From the human T2T-CHM13v2.0 reference genome, Homo sapiens: a stretch of DNA of 64,000 nt. Positions 1 through 13,890 of the stretch are shown piece by piece. Within the stretch, counting starts at the first letter, position 1; every line of letters begins with the position of its first letter. The position numbers were made by a program, and so were the translations under genes. The DNA is taken from NCBI RefSeq assembly GCF_009914755.1, contig NC_060930.1. The stretch is one strand, 5' to 3'. A model generated the notes under the pieces. The model had not been told where the DNA came from. It worked only from the letters and a program-made list of their open reading frames with translations, and searched no databases.

Positions 1-229
1 GGGTTACTAAAAACTCTCAGGTGGGGTGCATGGATAGTGACATAGGATGAATTGGGCAAACAAAAAAACTGAGGGGGAAAGGAAAAAGAAACCATCATTT
101 TGGTGTTGTGAATGGACAATTGGATCAAATGCTACTCTTCCTTGTGAAGATTTAGTTATGAAAAAAACTAATACTGTATGTGTGTATGTGCCTGTGTAAG
201 CTTAATTGGATTTCCTTTTGTGTTTAAAA

Positions 230-640
230 AATGAAAGGCCTCTCTAGAGATGTGACCTGTGTGGTGAGAGATTAGAATAAGTCAAGTATGTGAAGAACTG
301 TGTGAAGTGAGGAGTGATATAAAAAGTCCCGAAAGCTACAAAAGGCTTGACTTTAATGAGGGACTAAAAAAGAATGTCAGAGGGACGGAACGACACTGAG
401 TTAGAGTGGCAATAATAAGGGGCGAATTTAGAGAATTAAGCAGAATGATGTTAGCCTTATTGATCATGGAAAAAAGTGTGGATTTTATTTTAATAGCAAT
501 GAAACCCATTGAAGGGTTTAAGCAGGGAAATAAAAGGATCTGATTTACATTTTTAAAAGAGTACTACTCTGCACAAGGCTAAAAGGGTAAGAAAAAGGCA
601 AAGCAGAAGGAAGAATTTTGTGTTAGTCTAGGGGAAGTAG
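230..640 (-). mobile_element. L2 (LINE2) 3' fragment, highly diverged
   Basis: 'gcaatgaaacccattgaagggtttaagcagggaaataaaaggatctgatttacatttttaaaaga' (~497-560) matches the antisense L2 3' region as remembered. Limits approximate. Confidence 0.6.
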
Positions 641-1737
641 ATTTTAGGCTAGTTGAGAATTTGCAGTAAGGAAGTTCAGCATCCCTGGAATGCCTTTACA
701 GAAACTTCCCTATCAGGATAATTCCTATTTATCTTTTGAGTCTCAGCATTAAAGCACTGCTTAGAGCAGAGATTAAATTACAAAAAAAAAAAGGAATAGA
801 TTTCAGGACAGTGTCAATCCTCACTGAGATCTTAGTCTCTAAATAGCCATTTTTTTTTTTTTTTGGTTAATACGAGAATATATTGTAATGAGAATTACAG
901 AAGAAATCAGTAAATCTACATTTAGGATCATTATTTTTCACTAATAAAACCTTAGCTTTTAATAAAAGTAACATACATTCCTTTGTGATACACATGAGTT
1001 TTACAATTATTGTAGGAGTGACATACTTGAGTTAAGCTGGCTTAGGGGAAATAAGTGAAATTTTTAAAGGGGACACAACTTTGTATTAAAGCATCCATAC
1101 TTTATTCATTTCCATGAGTCCACTCTGTGCCTAATGTGAGTCAATCTGAGAAAGAAAAAAAACGACACTATCACCTAGGTGATACTTGAGATAACAACTG
1201 ATAAATCATAAGTAGGGACTAGGTAGCATGGACTGATAGAAGGATAGAGAACACAAGGTTAAAGAAAAATTATTTATGAAATCAAAGTATAAGAATAAAT
1301 TAGGGAAGCTGAAATGCTCTCTACCATTATGCAGTTGGATTAGTTTTTACCCAATGTGACCAAAATAGTATTTAGCAAGTTTAAAAATATAAGTAAGTAA
1401 AAAACAAAAACAACCTAATTATCTGAGTCTATGTTTCTTGGGGGGATATTTATCCATATTTTTTTTACAAAGGTCTAATTATATCTTAACAAATTTGAAG
1501 AAGTATGTGACAGAAGGCAGGGCAAGTGAGGGGAGTGGGTTGGTGAGGAACAGGGTAATAATGTAATAAGTAAAGTGGGCAATCCCTAATCAGGCATGAC
1601 AGTTGGGGTGGGGACAAGCCTTTTTCATAACACACACTGAGTTTAACAAGAATTTTGTTTCCAGCAGCCTCCTTTATTTTTGCCCCTTCCACACAAACAA
1701 TAAATGGTTGAATTAAGTCCTATGTAAGATAATGAAA

Positions 1738-2002
1738 GACCATCCCTAATCTGAAAATCTGACATTTGAAATGCGGCAAAATTCAAATCATTTTCAGTGC
1801 TGGCATGATGTCACAAGTGGATGATGAGGATGATGTTAACACTGCAGAAAAAGTGCCTATAGATTACATGGTGAAAATATGTGATGGGTTTATTAAAGAA
1901 GTAGATCAGTAGGCATTAATAACAGAGTAAGAAATCATGTCACTTTATAAAAACAAAGAGAGACTTCTAAGACAAAACATTGTTCATAAGGCAGATAACT
2001 TG
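1738..2002 (+). mobile_element. Tigger4/Zombi (MER46-like) DNA transposon fragment
   Basis: Terminal-like 'catccctaatctgaaaatctgacatttgaaatgc' followed by internal 'gttaacactgcagaaaaagtgcctatag...agaaatcatgtcactttataaaaacaaagagagacttctaagacaaaa'. Confidence 0.7.
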
Positions 2003-3224
2003 GCTGCAGTGCAAGTGTCTGTAAAAGAGTAGAGAAAAGATATGAAAAGAATATTGGCAAGCTAGAAATGTTCTTAAATGTAAGGCTAATAAATCGTGAA
2101 ATGCATTTTGAGTGCAGAATTCAGAAAGATTGTTTTGTTATAGGGAGAGGTGGAAATGGAGCCTAAATTAGGAAAATATGGGGCATGACCCAAGTTAATG
2201 GTCAAGAAATCAAATGAAAGATATAGCTAAGGTATGTTTTAAGAACTATTTTTTTCTTATTATTATTTAGGGGATGAATGACAGAGATGACTAAAATTTT
2301 TTGTTTGGATTGATATAGAGTGCAAATAATGAATTTATTCTTCTACATGTTTCTTTACAGTTTTGTACTCCATAGATAAAGATATGGACTTTCATTTCTA
2401 TCAGTTACTTAGACGGAGTCATCTAGATTTAGAAAAAGGGACAAAGAAATTCATTATAATGTTGCAACAAGTCAAGGCCATGGAGGGAATCATAGAGTTA
2501 CGGAGGATCAGCTGACCAAAAAATAATTTTTGGATGATATTGAAGTAAAAAAGGAGTTCTAATATGGGAAGCTAGAAACTGAAAAGTAGGTAAATGAACA
2601 TATGAAGGAAGAAGAACATTTTAAGAATGAGAGAACAAAGTGGACTAGAGTATGAGGAGAAGCCTATAGAAGTCAAAACATCTAAAAGAAAAGAAAGTTT
2701 GTAGAATTTGTCAAGAAGGAGATAAAGAGCATTAGGATAATAATTTAATAAAATGTTGAAATATAATTGGGGCAAAGATTAAGGATGGAGAAAATAATGG
2801 GAAACACAGGAGTTTTACTAGAAGTGCATTTGAGTCTATTTATCTGTGTGATGCAGCAAAGTTAAGAACTTTCATATGTGTACCTGACATGGTATCCAAG
2901 CATTGGCTGAGCAATGAATATCTGACAAATTCGAAGGAAACATACTTAATATTGTTTTTAATTTTTCATCCAGATTCAAAGGTAATTTTTCATTTTCAGT
3001 TGAGTTGTAAAAATTGCAGACACATGTTCTTCAAAGCATTGATGAAAAACTAAATTTTAAAAAAAGTACCTTTCATTACAAATAGCCACAAAATAAAAAC
3101 TCAAGGTAAGTAAAAAAAATACAAATACGTCATTGTCAAAGAGGATCTTAATTTAGCAAGGAAACTCTATCTTCTAGAGTGCATTTCAATGAAACGTCCC
3201 TAATTTCCATATTATAAAATTGCT

Positions 3225-3685
3225 CCCAGCTTTATTGAAGTATAATTAATAAATACAAATTATATACATTATAGATGTACAACTTGATAATCTGATATAC
3301 ATATACATCCTGAAGTGATTACCACAATGGAGCTGATTAATACATCCATCACTTCACATAGTTTTTATGTGTGTGTGTGTGTGTGTGTGTGTATGGAGAA
3401 TACTTAAGATCTACAAAGTTAGCAAATTTTAAATATACAATAAAGCATTTTTTACTATAATCACCATGCTGTGTATCTTAGATCCCTAGAACTTATTCAT
3501 CTTATAACAGAAAGTTTGTGCCTTTTGACTAATATTTCCCCATTCTCTCCAAATCCTAGTTTCAACCACCATTCTACTCTCTGCTTCTGTCAATTGCACT
3601 TTTTCTATACTTCAAGTATAAGGGAAATCATGATGTGTTTGTCCTTCTCTGTTTGGCTTATTTCAATTAGCATAATGTCCTGTTG
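3225..3685 (-). mobile_element. L1MA8-10-type 3' end fragment
   Basis: 'cccagctttattgaagtataatt...aatacatccatcacttcacatag...(GT)n...gaatacttaagatctac...agaacttattcatcttataac' is the antisense L1MA9-like 3' UTR. Confidence 0.8.
3368..3392. repeat. (TG)n microsatellite within L1MA
   Basis: Seen directly. Confidence 0.95.
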
Positions 3686-4639
3686 ATCGCCATTCATAGG
3701 TGAATACAGTAATGTTAATTATCACCTGTCTCAAATTTAGCTATGGCAAGGAGACTCCCATAAGCCTTAATACTTCTACTTTTACTAAGATATTTTACAA
3801 TTAATATTTTTAAAAAGAAAAAAAAAACAAGCAAAAATAGATTTCACCACATTATGTTTGTTAAATGGAATAATCTTGCTTCAATAAATATAGCTTGTTT
3901 TTAAATAGGGAACCCATTATGTAAATATCATATTTACTGAGGTTCAGAGGACAAAATATATTTTAAAACTGAAAGTTAATAGTTTTATGAGCAGGAAAAA
4001 ATTTTTAATTTAACATTCACTTCATATGCTGACATTTATACAATGTTTACTAATGATTTGAATGAACAAAGTAGTCATTATTTTACATTTTAAATATATT
4101 ATAAAAATGTTACACTTAAATGATTACTGATTACATATTTAAAGGTAATTATATTTTACATATTACATGAAATATAAGTATATTTTATTACTCTGAAGGG
4201 ATAATAAAGTAAAACATATGTATAAAGAAACTAACAAAGATTTTAACTAATACTTGAAAAAATGAATATTCGTATTGAGAGACAATATCTGTAATTACAG
4301 TTTATTTTTCTTATAATTTATTTTCTTTAACTGATCTTTTCAACATTACCCATTATTAAATGAAAAAATATAGTCTCAGAGGGAAGAATACAAATTAATT
4401 GCAGTGTCTTTTATTGTATTTTTATTGGTTTAGCATTTTACAGTGTATTTTATATGAATTTATGTTTAAAAATTGATACAGCAGGACAATTGTAGAATCA
4501 AATAAAACTTTTTGAGATAAATTATATTAACTTTTAAAAGAATAGAAAACAGACCACAAAGACAAATGTTTTTATGAGTCTGCATAAGAACATTTGTTAT
4601 ATTTATTAGACTGATATAACTCACACATGTTTTCCTTCT

Positions 4640-5320
4640 CTGCTCACTCAAGCCATTTTTGAATCTGCTGGGAGTCTGCTCCGCTTTTCACAAAAGCCCA
4701 ATAAAGACAGCAATAAAACTTTTTATACCCTCTTGCTGCATGTGTGGCAATATCAGGCTGAACATCCAAACCAAATTTTGGTTTGAGGCATCCATCTCAT
4801 AGTCATCACTATGAGATTCTTTATGGCAGTTTTATGTGCAGTTTTATGTGTCTTTTGACCCCGTTGGCTGCTACGTAAGAATGGGCCTTGAGCCTGGAAC
4901 ACCATCTTACCAAGAGATAAAGTATCCACATGGCAGGTACCAGGCTTATCGCCTGTGTGGAAATATCTTTCTGTTTCTGATTCTGTGAGTGTTCCCTTTT
5001 TCTGCTTAAGCATATTCATCAATGGCTCTCAGGTACTCCCTCAGGCCTGGTCATAGTCCTTTCCCCACCCCAAAAGATGGGTGCACGTTGGCACACTGCT
5101 CTGAGTTAGCTGCCAAGGAATACCCACTAGCCATCGGGAACCAACTCACACCGCTGAAGTTGATCTTGCTCCGTGTCTTCTCTATGTAAGGAAAGCATTG
5201 TTCCACCTGGTGCTGAACCGTGTCGTGTTTCCCCTGGTGACTCCAACACCAAGATGCAAAAGGCAAACGTGTTTGGAGTTTTCATCTGGGATTGAAAACA
5301 ATGCCTGGTGTTCTGCTGGA
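4640..5320 (+). mobile_element. ERVL-class LTR/internal remnant (MER73/MER74/MER70-like; subfamily uncertain)
   Basis: GC-richer block with 'aataaaactttttataccctcttgctgcatgtgtggcaatatcaggctgaacatccaaaccaaattttgg' (LTR polyA/U5-like) and 'cgctgaagttgatcttgctccgtgtcttctctatgtaagg'. Confidence 0.5.
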
Positions 5321-7014
5321 CAATAATTGGTTATAAAAGTATAACTTTATAATAATATTTACTTATTCACTCAGTTTTACAAGATTCTGGTCATTAAAAA
5401 AAACTCAAAAGAGAAATGTAGCCACCTAGCACAGAAATCTGAATGCAACTCAACTTAGTTTATTCTTATGGCCCCATGAATACGGTGACTGGATCAGGTT
5501 ATTTTTTTAAGTTGATAAAACTTTCTGCTGAAACTATGTCAGGGAACATTTTATAGTAAATGCAATGCTTAATAAAAATCTACAGATTCTAACACTTGGA
5601 GCATTTAAACTTAGGATATTTGTCAACATCATTTAATGCTTAATGTATTTCAAAACACATCAGAAATAAAATTCTGTTAGGACCTTCTCTGAGGAGAAAT
5701 GCTTAGTTCATGTGAGGAGCTGCCCTTACAGCTTAGCTTTCACTCTGTAAACTGAATGCACTTTTGTTTCTCCCTCCATCTAAATGCCAGTCCTTTTTTA
5801 GGTCCAAAGCAGAATTTCAGAACAAGACCTAAAGAGGAGCAATAAGAGGCTAGTGAAGTTAAGGAGAACCAACAGCAATTATCCTTGGAGTTTTTTTTTA
5901 TTGTTTATATGAGAATAATTATTTGACCATTTAGAGTAATTAGATAGTCATCAGGGAATCTCTCTACTCAAGACAAGTTAGTTAAGGTATAATTACAAGC
6001 ATTATATTGTCTGGAGCTGTGTGACTCTGGGTAGGAGGTACTGCAATTCACATCTGTCACTCTGACACATCTGAATCCAGCCCATGCCAAGGAGCCAAGT
6101 CCCAGAACTCAACTCAGTTTGTTTGAATTCTCTCATAAAATTATAAATTTGGATCATATACAATTGCCATTTTGCAGATAAAAAAGTTAAAAATTAGCCT
6201 TTTAAGAAAATAGATCATTAATATCTTTCATTTTGATGGAATAAAAGTAATTAACATCTTTTAGGTGCCATCTGCTTCAATGGCATTATTATATTTTTAA
6301 CTCTGCAGAGCAGGTCTGTGTTACTAGAATAATTTTTGGGTATTAATAAAGTATGTGTATAGCAAATAGTCCTATAAACAATAACTTTATTTTTATAAAT
6401 CAAAATTCTCTCAATTTATTAAAATTTTGTAATGTTCACAGGGAAATTTAGGGAGAGTGGATGTTTTTATAGATATTTATTTGTTTGAATTCTAAATACT
6501 CATAAGCAGCCAATTAATGCTAAATATAATTTCCTCAATGATGTTATTGAATATTTTTCTTGTTGGAACTATATATCAGAAAATTACTTCTGGATTACAT
6601 GTCTGTAAAATCACTTTTAGAGCAGCTATAAATATAGCATGGTGTCATAAGAAATAAGTGAATTCATATTTAGAAAATCTCAATATTTTGTGGCAGGTTA
6701 AAAAAAATGAGATTTAAAATGCTGTCAAACTAACTTTAAAATTACAGAATAATCATGCAATTTTGGGCTTGGAACCAGGCAGATATATATTTGAAGTAAA
6801 GTTTATCTTATGAATATCTTATCATAGTCACAAAAATATTAGAAGGCACAACAAATAATAATTTACTACTATTGCAAACCTTTTAAAAGTGTTTCCTATT
6901 AGGTTATGTTCTTTAGGGAATGCTTTTAATGATTATTGGACTACATATAAAATATTAAAATTTTCTACATATTGATATGTAGATAATAATTTCAATCAAA
7001 TTACAATGACATTA

Positions 7015-7863
7015 TGTTTGTATGTCTTCTTTTGAGAAGTATCTATTCATGTTATTTGCCCATTTTTAATGGAGTTATTTGATTTTTCTTATTAAAGTCA
7101 TACAATCAAGAAATATTTTTAAATGCTCATTACTAATCATCAAAGAAATGCAAATTAAAACCACGATGAGATTCCATCTCACTAAAATCAGAATGGCTGT
7201 TACTAAAAAGTCAAAAAACAACAGATGCTGGTGAGGCTTTGCAGAAAAGGGAACACTTATACACTGTTGGAAGAAATGTAGATTAGTTCAGTCACTGTGG
7301 AAAGCAGGTTGGGGATTTCTCAGATAACTTAAAACAGAGCTACCATTTGACCCAGCAATCCCATTACTGGTATACACATAAAGGAAAATAAATCATTCTG
7401 CCAAAAAGACACAGGCATTTGTAGGTTTATTGTTGCAGTATTAGCAATAGTAAATACATGGAATCAATCTTAGGTGCCTATCAATGGAAGGTTGGATCAA
7501 GAAAATGTGGTCATATGTACCATGTAATACTAAACAGCCATAAAATTGGAAATTATGTCCATTGCAGCAACATGGATGGAGCTGAAGGCCACAATCCTAA
7601 ATTAACACAGGAACAGAAAACAAAATACTGCATGTCCTCACTTAAAAGTGGGAGCTTAACATTGAGCACACATGTACCTAAACATGGGAACAATAGACAC
7701 TGTGGACTACTAGAGGAGGGAGAGAGTCAGGCCTGGGTTGAAAAATTACCTGTTGGGTACTATGCTCCTTACTTCGGTGCAATATACCCATGTAGCAAAC
7801 CCGCACATGTACCCTCTATATCTAAAATGAAAGTGAAAGTAAAAATCATAATAATACTACTAA
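7015..7863 (+). mobile_element. L1PA15-17-type, 5'-truncated, with 5' inversion
   Basis: 7015-7098 is antisense ORF2. 7099-7863 is the sense ORF2 end plus 3' UTR ('gaaaaattacctgttgggtactatgctc...gcacatgtaccctc'). TSD aatgacatta at 7005-7014 and 7864-7873. Confidence 0.85.
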
Positions 7864-7984
7864 AATGACATTACATGATAAATATGGGAAAAAACCAAGA
7901 CTGTTCTTGAATTTACCCTTCCATGCTATTTGAAGGCAAGAGGGAGCCAGTAGTAAAACAGCTTCTCTATTTCACTCTCCACTT

Positions 7985-8042
7985 TTTTGTTTCTTTCTTT
8001 AAACTTTTATATATTTAAGGGGCACAAGTGCAGGTTTCTTAC
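7985..8042 (-). mobile_element. Very short L1 3' terminal stub
   Basis: T-rich tail followed by 'atttaaggggcacaagtgcaggtttcttac', which resembles an L1PB/L1MA extreme 3' end. Confidence 0.5.
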
Positions 8043-8299
8043 TCTTCACTCATCTTTACGGACATGTCTTTTTATATTTGACCTTGCCAATAAATAATCT
8101 ACTTATTGTTATTAGAAAAATAAAAATCAGTTTAAGAAAATATCACCTGCACTCTCGATATATTTGTTTGGTGGCATATTGGTTTTAATACTTGCATCAA
8201 GCATTTCCCTTTTATAATTGTTTGGGCAAGTAAGGTTTATTTTTATGCTGTTTCTATGCATATGTGAACCGCTCTAGTTAGTCAGACTCTGAGGTAGAA

Positions 8300-8942
8300 A
8301 TACAGTGAGCATCAAGTAGAATTTACTTGATACTCCAAGATATTAACCGCAAAGAAATGAAATCAAATGTTCTTGCATTTGTATTCATGTAAATGTTCAT
8401 TGCGGCTTTATTCTTAATAATTAAAAAGTAAAAACCATGCAAATATCTAATAACTGTTGAATTAATAAATAGATTGTGGTATATCCATACAATAAAATAC
8501 CATTAACATTTAAAGAACTGTTGCTATACACACAACATGGAGGAATTTCAATGTAAGTATGCTGAGAGAAAAATTTCAAAAAAGTGTGCATAGCATATAT
8601 TTCTATTTAATAAAATTCAATCTGATTACCTTAATGAGTTTGGTAGAAGAAAAATTCTACAACCTGAAAACTCATATGTATAGTGATAGTATACCAATGG
8701 TTGCCTGTAGAGAGGGTATGAGAATAGGGGCAAGAGGGGCGGGAGAAAGGGATTACAAAAGAGCTTGAGAAAACTTTTGAGGTAATGGTTATAATCATTA
8801 TCTTGATTGTGGTGACAGTTTGAGTACACAGATAATGTATAGATATGATGATAAATTAAATATATAAACATATTTAATGTGTGTGAAGCATGAATTTATA
8901 TGCAGCTTATTGAATGTCAGTCATGCCTCAATAAAGTCATTA
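8300..8942 (+). mobile_element. L1MD/L1ME-type 3' end fragment
   Basis: 'aaatgttcattgcggctttattc', 'ttgtggtatatccatacaat', 'aatggttgcctg', 'ttatcttgattgtggtgacag', ending 'cctcaataaag'. Confidence 0.75.
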
Positions 8943-10023
8943 TGTAAACATTAAATCTATAATAAGATCGTTTTCCCTATCTCATTAGCAAAGTTGTATA
9001 GCATGTTAACCAATTGATGAGGTCTTGGGAAAATAAAGCCATAATATTTTTGTAACTGTGTGTATTCTTACAAAACCTATAGAGTTCAAATTTGCTATAT
9101 ATTTCACATATATAAATTTCCACTTACAGTATTTGTCTAACAGTAAATTACAGTAACAGGATATTAAAATGAGACTCTTTCTCAGGCTTGACTGAGTTTT
9201 CAAAGAACAAGAACACTACATTTCTCACCAGGTAACCCCATATTCTCAAACTAAATCTACCCGTATAGGGAAATCCATGGGATGATAAAAATCTGTTGAG
9301 CCAACATTAACCTCACTCACCTTGTGAACACAAGAGTTGAGGTAGAAAGGTTCAGACAGGACTGTCAAGTTGGTGTTTGTGCGTGGTGAAAAGAGCTGAT
9401 GGTTTTCTTTTCGTCTTAAGTAAGTTGAGTGGGAAGTCAAGGGAACCACATAAACCATACTGACATGTGTCCACTTCCATTGTGGGCGTGAAGGATGTGA
9501 TGTATATATCTGTGAGACAAAAGTTCTGAGGTATGAGTTAATGTCTGGCTAGATGTTTTGCAATAGAAAGGTAACTAGCTCTTAAAGGGACAAGATGCAC
9601 TTTATCTTAGAGCAGAGCTAGGACTTACAGGAATTTCTGTGACCCTAGGAAAGACGAGCGTAAAAAGGAACCTGAAAGCAATAGAGGAAGAAAGAAAACC
9701 AGCATTGGAAAGTCTTCCCATTAAGGAAAATTTCCATTAATATTTTCATATACATGACCCATGTTATAGATTTATAGGAACTCGCTATGAAGTAAATATT
9801 TAGCATTTCTGTAGGCTTGTAGTTAGAGAAACATGGTGCGGTTTTGAGTCACAAAAAAGAACATAATGACTTTCATTTATCTGAAGCAACGTACTTAAAT
9901 AGGAATACACCTACTCAAAAACACGCAAATATAACCATAGACACACGGAATACACGCAGGGCAATCCAAGAAAAACCACCTAAAATCAGAGAGCTGACTC
10001 TGTTTTTTATTTCCTCAAACTCA

Positions 10024-10318
10024 TTTTTTTTTTTTCTAAAATGGAGTCTCCCACTATCGCCCAGGCTACAATGCAGTGGCAAGATCTCGGCTCACAGCAA
10101 CCTCCGCCTCCCTGGTTCAAGCCATTCTCCTTCCTCAGCCTCCCGAGTAGCTGGAATTACAGGCGTGCGCTGCCACTCCTGGCTAATTTTTGTATTTTTA
10201 ATAGAGACAGGGTTTCACTATGGTGGCCAGGATGGTCTCAAATTCCTGACCTCAAGTGATCTGCCGCCTCGGCCTCTCAAAGTGCTGAAATTACAGGCAT
10301 GAGCCACTGCACCCGACC
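10024..10318 (-). mobile_element. AluS (Sx/Sz-like), full length
   Basis: Canonical antisense Alu dimer. 17-bp TSD tcctcaaactcattttt at 10012-10028 and 10319-10335. Confidence 0.95.
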
Positions 10319-11819
10319 TCCTCAAACTCATTTTTAAAGAAATCCTTTTATTTTTACTTCCTTCCAGTTTCTTTCAGTTTGTTCTCTATCAAAGGATATA
10401 TGCTGATGCTATAATCTTCGTAAATAGGCAAATAAGCAAACCTGATTTTTCACCTCAAGAATGAAGTAATGCTTTCATTTGTTATTTGGCAAAAATCTTT
10501 AGAAAAAGCAACTTTCTTTCTTGTCAAGTTTTAACTGTTTTTTTAAATTTTTCCAAATTACTCATTGGGGCCAATGGTTGGTGCTATTCTCTACATCATA
10601 GGTGGCTTTGATTTCCTCTTTCTCTTGTTCTGTTTATTTGTGATGCTAACATGAAAGATATCACAACCACAGTTTTAGTTGTCTACAGGATATAGGAGGG
10701 ACACTCAATGAGTCGATGTAGTTTAGAGTTTAGGGATATATAAAATTGTAGCAAATTTATGTTTCTTATTATTTGGGTAGCAAGAAGTTAGAGGATAACT
10801 GCATTCTCTCTTTATGTATTCTAACAATTCACTAAGAATCATTCTTGACATACCTTGTGATTTAATTAACACCATGTTCAAAGCATGTGAAGGCTGAACA
10901 TTACAGCTATTTACAATGTACTTGTGGGATACCCAAAACTATTTTATTGTTCCCTAATAACATCTTCAACATCCTCCTTGTTTATTGTCCTTATTGCAAT
11001 TCATATAGATGATTTCCATTGATTTCTCAGGAAAATGCAAGCGTTAGTCGAACTGATATTCTTGTATATTTGTTGAAATAAGGAAAATTTCCTTAACTTG
11101 AACCTATCTGCTTCATATATACCAGTAAGTACTTAAACTGTCCACCTTGATGATGCTATCTTCTGGCTTTTCAATCCTGGTACAAATTTCATTTTATTTC
11201 CACTTAATTTTAGCCATCTCAATGGGATTAAAGTAGTGAGATGTCAAGGCAGGGTCTCAAATTTTCATTTTGTAAGTCTTCTAGCTGTCTCCTCTGAACA
11301 TTTTTCAAACACTAAAATATCTATAAAAGGAAAACTCAGAAAATTGATAAAACCATATAAGACTAAAGAACATCACTAATATTTACTCTCTGGGTAGAAC
11401 ACAGGCAAAAATCTAGAGTACTGGTTTTAAATTAAACATTTTAAAGTTAGTTGACACAATTTAGCCTCTGAAAAACAAATCATATTTAAATGAATGTGTT
11501 TATATATAATATATGATATATGTATTATAAATATGTGTGTATATATGTATATATGAGAGACAGAGAGAGCTTCTATCTTATTTGATAATAATCTATTTCC
11601 CGATTTAAAAAGCATATTTAAATATAAGCCTAGTTTATATATTTAATTATGTTAAATAAAGCTCTAGGAAAATGCTACTAATATAGAGTAGCAATAATAT
11701 TTTAATTACTAATAAAATAATTGATATCAAGATATCTTTAATAAAATTAATGAAGGTTTATAGACTATGAAGCAAAAGCCAAAACAAATGAAGAACTCCA
11801 TAAAAATAAGAACTAATAA

Positions 11820-11960
11820 GATTTGTTCATTGAACAGTCATCAATATTAATTGAGTGCTTACTAGATTTCATAATGGTGTTTTATTGACCCAATATTGGA
11901 TAACATACTACTCTAAAATCAGACATACTTTCTGTGTGAGAGCATGTATGATAAATAAAT
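11820..11960 (-). mobile_element. L2 3' terminal fragment
   Basis: 'ttgttcattgaacagtcatcaatattaattgagtgcttacta' resembles the antisense L2 tail. Confidence 0.45.
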
Positions 11961-12318
11961 AGAAATACAACTTAGGGGAATAAAGAAATATGGTAAAACA
12001 AAACACAAAAGTATTAAAGATACACTTAAAATATTGAGGTGATAATTCATAAAACATCTATATTCATCCAAAAATATATTTAAGAACTTTTGGAGAGCAA
12101 TATTTATACTACTTAAATTTTACACGTATAAAAGATTGGAAAAACAAACTCTCAATACTAAATGCTTACAACATTTAATTTCACGGGATATTGTTACAAA
12201 AGTGTTAAGTGAAAATATCAGAAAACCAAATACCTTACAACACATATGTCAGTTTTGTTAAGTTAAGGAAGTATAACAAGAAGTTAATTCTTGTTACCTA
12301 TGATTGGCAATTTGATAG

Positions 12319-12375
12319 ATTAGTGTCTGCAAATATTTTTATTTTACAATTAGTGTCTGCAAATATTTTTATTTT
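12319..12375. repeat. 30-bp tandem duplication (about 1.9 copies)
   Basis: attagtgtctgcaaatatttttatttt is repeated exactly at 12319 and 12349. Confidence 0.95.
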
Positions 12376-12573
12376 GAAATTTCTAAAATAAATACATTTT
12401 AAAAATTTAACTAAATAGACAGGTAATATGTGAATGCTTTCTTTATCATATGAGAATCTATGTGAATAAAGCACTGAAACTAAGATTATATTGTAATCTC
12501 CTTAGGTCTCATTATTTGTTTTAAATCATCAGTTTCAGAAAATGATATAATAGTGTGTGTGGGTCGGGGAAGA

Positions 12574-12935
12574 TGTGCTAGTCCTTTCTCACGCTGCTAT
12601 AAAGATACTATCTGACACTAGGAAATTTATAAAAGAAAGAGGTTTAATTGACTCATAATTCCACGTAGTTGAGGAGGCCTCAGGAAACTTTCAGTCATAG
12701 TGGAAGTGGAAGAAGCATACACCTTCTTTACAAGGCAGCAGGAGAGAGGGTTGCGGGGAAGTGCCACACTTTTAAACCATTGGATCTCTTGAGAATTCAC
12801 TCACTATCATGAAAACAGCATGGCAAAAACTGTTCCTATGATCCAATCACCTCCCACCAGGTCACTCCCTTGACTTGTGGGGATTACAATTTGAGATGAG
12901 ATTTAGGTGGGGACACAGCCAAACCAACCATAACA
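12574..12935 (-). mobile_element. MaLR solo LTR (THE1D/MSTA-like)
   Basis: 'tgtgctagtcctttctcacgctgctataaag...gaggtttaattgactca...gtggggacacagccaaacc...taaca' with TG...CA termini. Confidence 0.9.
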
Positions 12936-13819
12936 GGAGGGTATACAGAAGATGTTTATGCATAAGTTTTTTGGGGTATATAAGTCTATTTTATTTATAA
13001 ATTAATATGCTCTATATTTTAATGGTCCATTAAAGTGTTTTTTTTAGCTACTTGATGTTTATATTTAAAGTGGGCTGAGTAATGAATTGCTGTATAATTG
13101 GAAGGAGGTTTGAAATTGTTCTCAAAAGTAGCTCCTGATTCTCACAGAAACCAAAGCACATATGTTTTATAGTTAACCAGGTAACTCTCTAAACCTAGAC
13201 CTGAGAGATGTATAGCAGAAAGCAAAATTAAATGTTTTATATACCCAAAACATACATTATCTATCCATCATTTATTTACTATCTGTGTATATATTGAGTA
13301 CTGTCTGTGTATCAATCTACTGTGTATCTATCTCTGTAGTTTCATCTATTTACCATCTATCCATAACAGCTTTAATATATCAGATGTATAAACAAATTGT
13401 TTAAAGAGGGTATGTTTATATTTGTAAATGTGTCTACATATGTCTACCTAGCCCATAGAAGATCTCCTGTATAATATATTGTTTCCATAAAAGTGCAACA
13501 TTCTTTGATAAACTTTCAAAATGTTTTATATTGTTTTATATTGCTAAATAAATATCTATTCATGTAGCTCCTGAGTAAGATGAGAATTCTTCATTTTTCC
13601 ATGAGATATGCAGATAAGGAAATTCTATCTGCATAGAAGGCAAGTGACAACGTCTCAACCAACTTTTTTATTTTCCCCCTAAGCATTACTCATTGACCTT
13701 CCACACACCCTCCATCCTCAGTCCCCACCCCTGCAATCCTGTCCAGCTAGGACATGCTGGTGTGGGGTCTCTCAGGCAGCATTCAATAAGCCTTTATAAA
13801 GAGAAATTAAACTCTCATC

Positions 13820-13890
13820 TTGTATGTATGTATGCATATATCTATTATTATCTGTCTATCTATCTATCATCTATATCTATCTGTCTATAG
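13820..13890. repeat. (TCTA)n/(TATG)n degenerate microsatellite
   Basis: Seen directly. A similar degenerate tract lies at ~13255-13365. Confidence 0.75.

Noticed and set aside
2150-2800. Purine-rich stretch suggestive of old L2
   Set aside because: Too diverged to call or delimit by eye.
9844-10302. 152-aa ORF, and similar ORFs at 15093-15473, 41792-42100 and 56523-57013
   Set aside because: These are Alu read-through translations.
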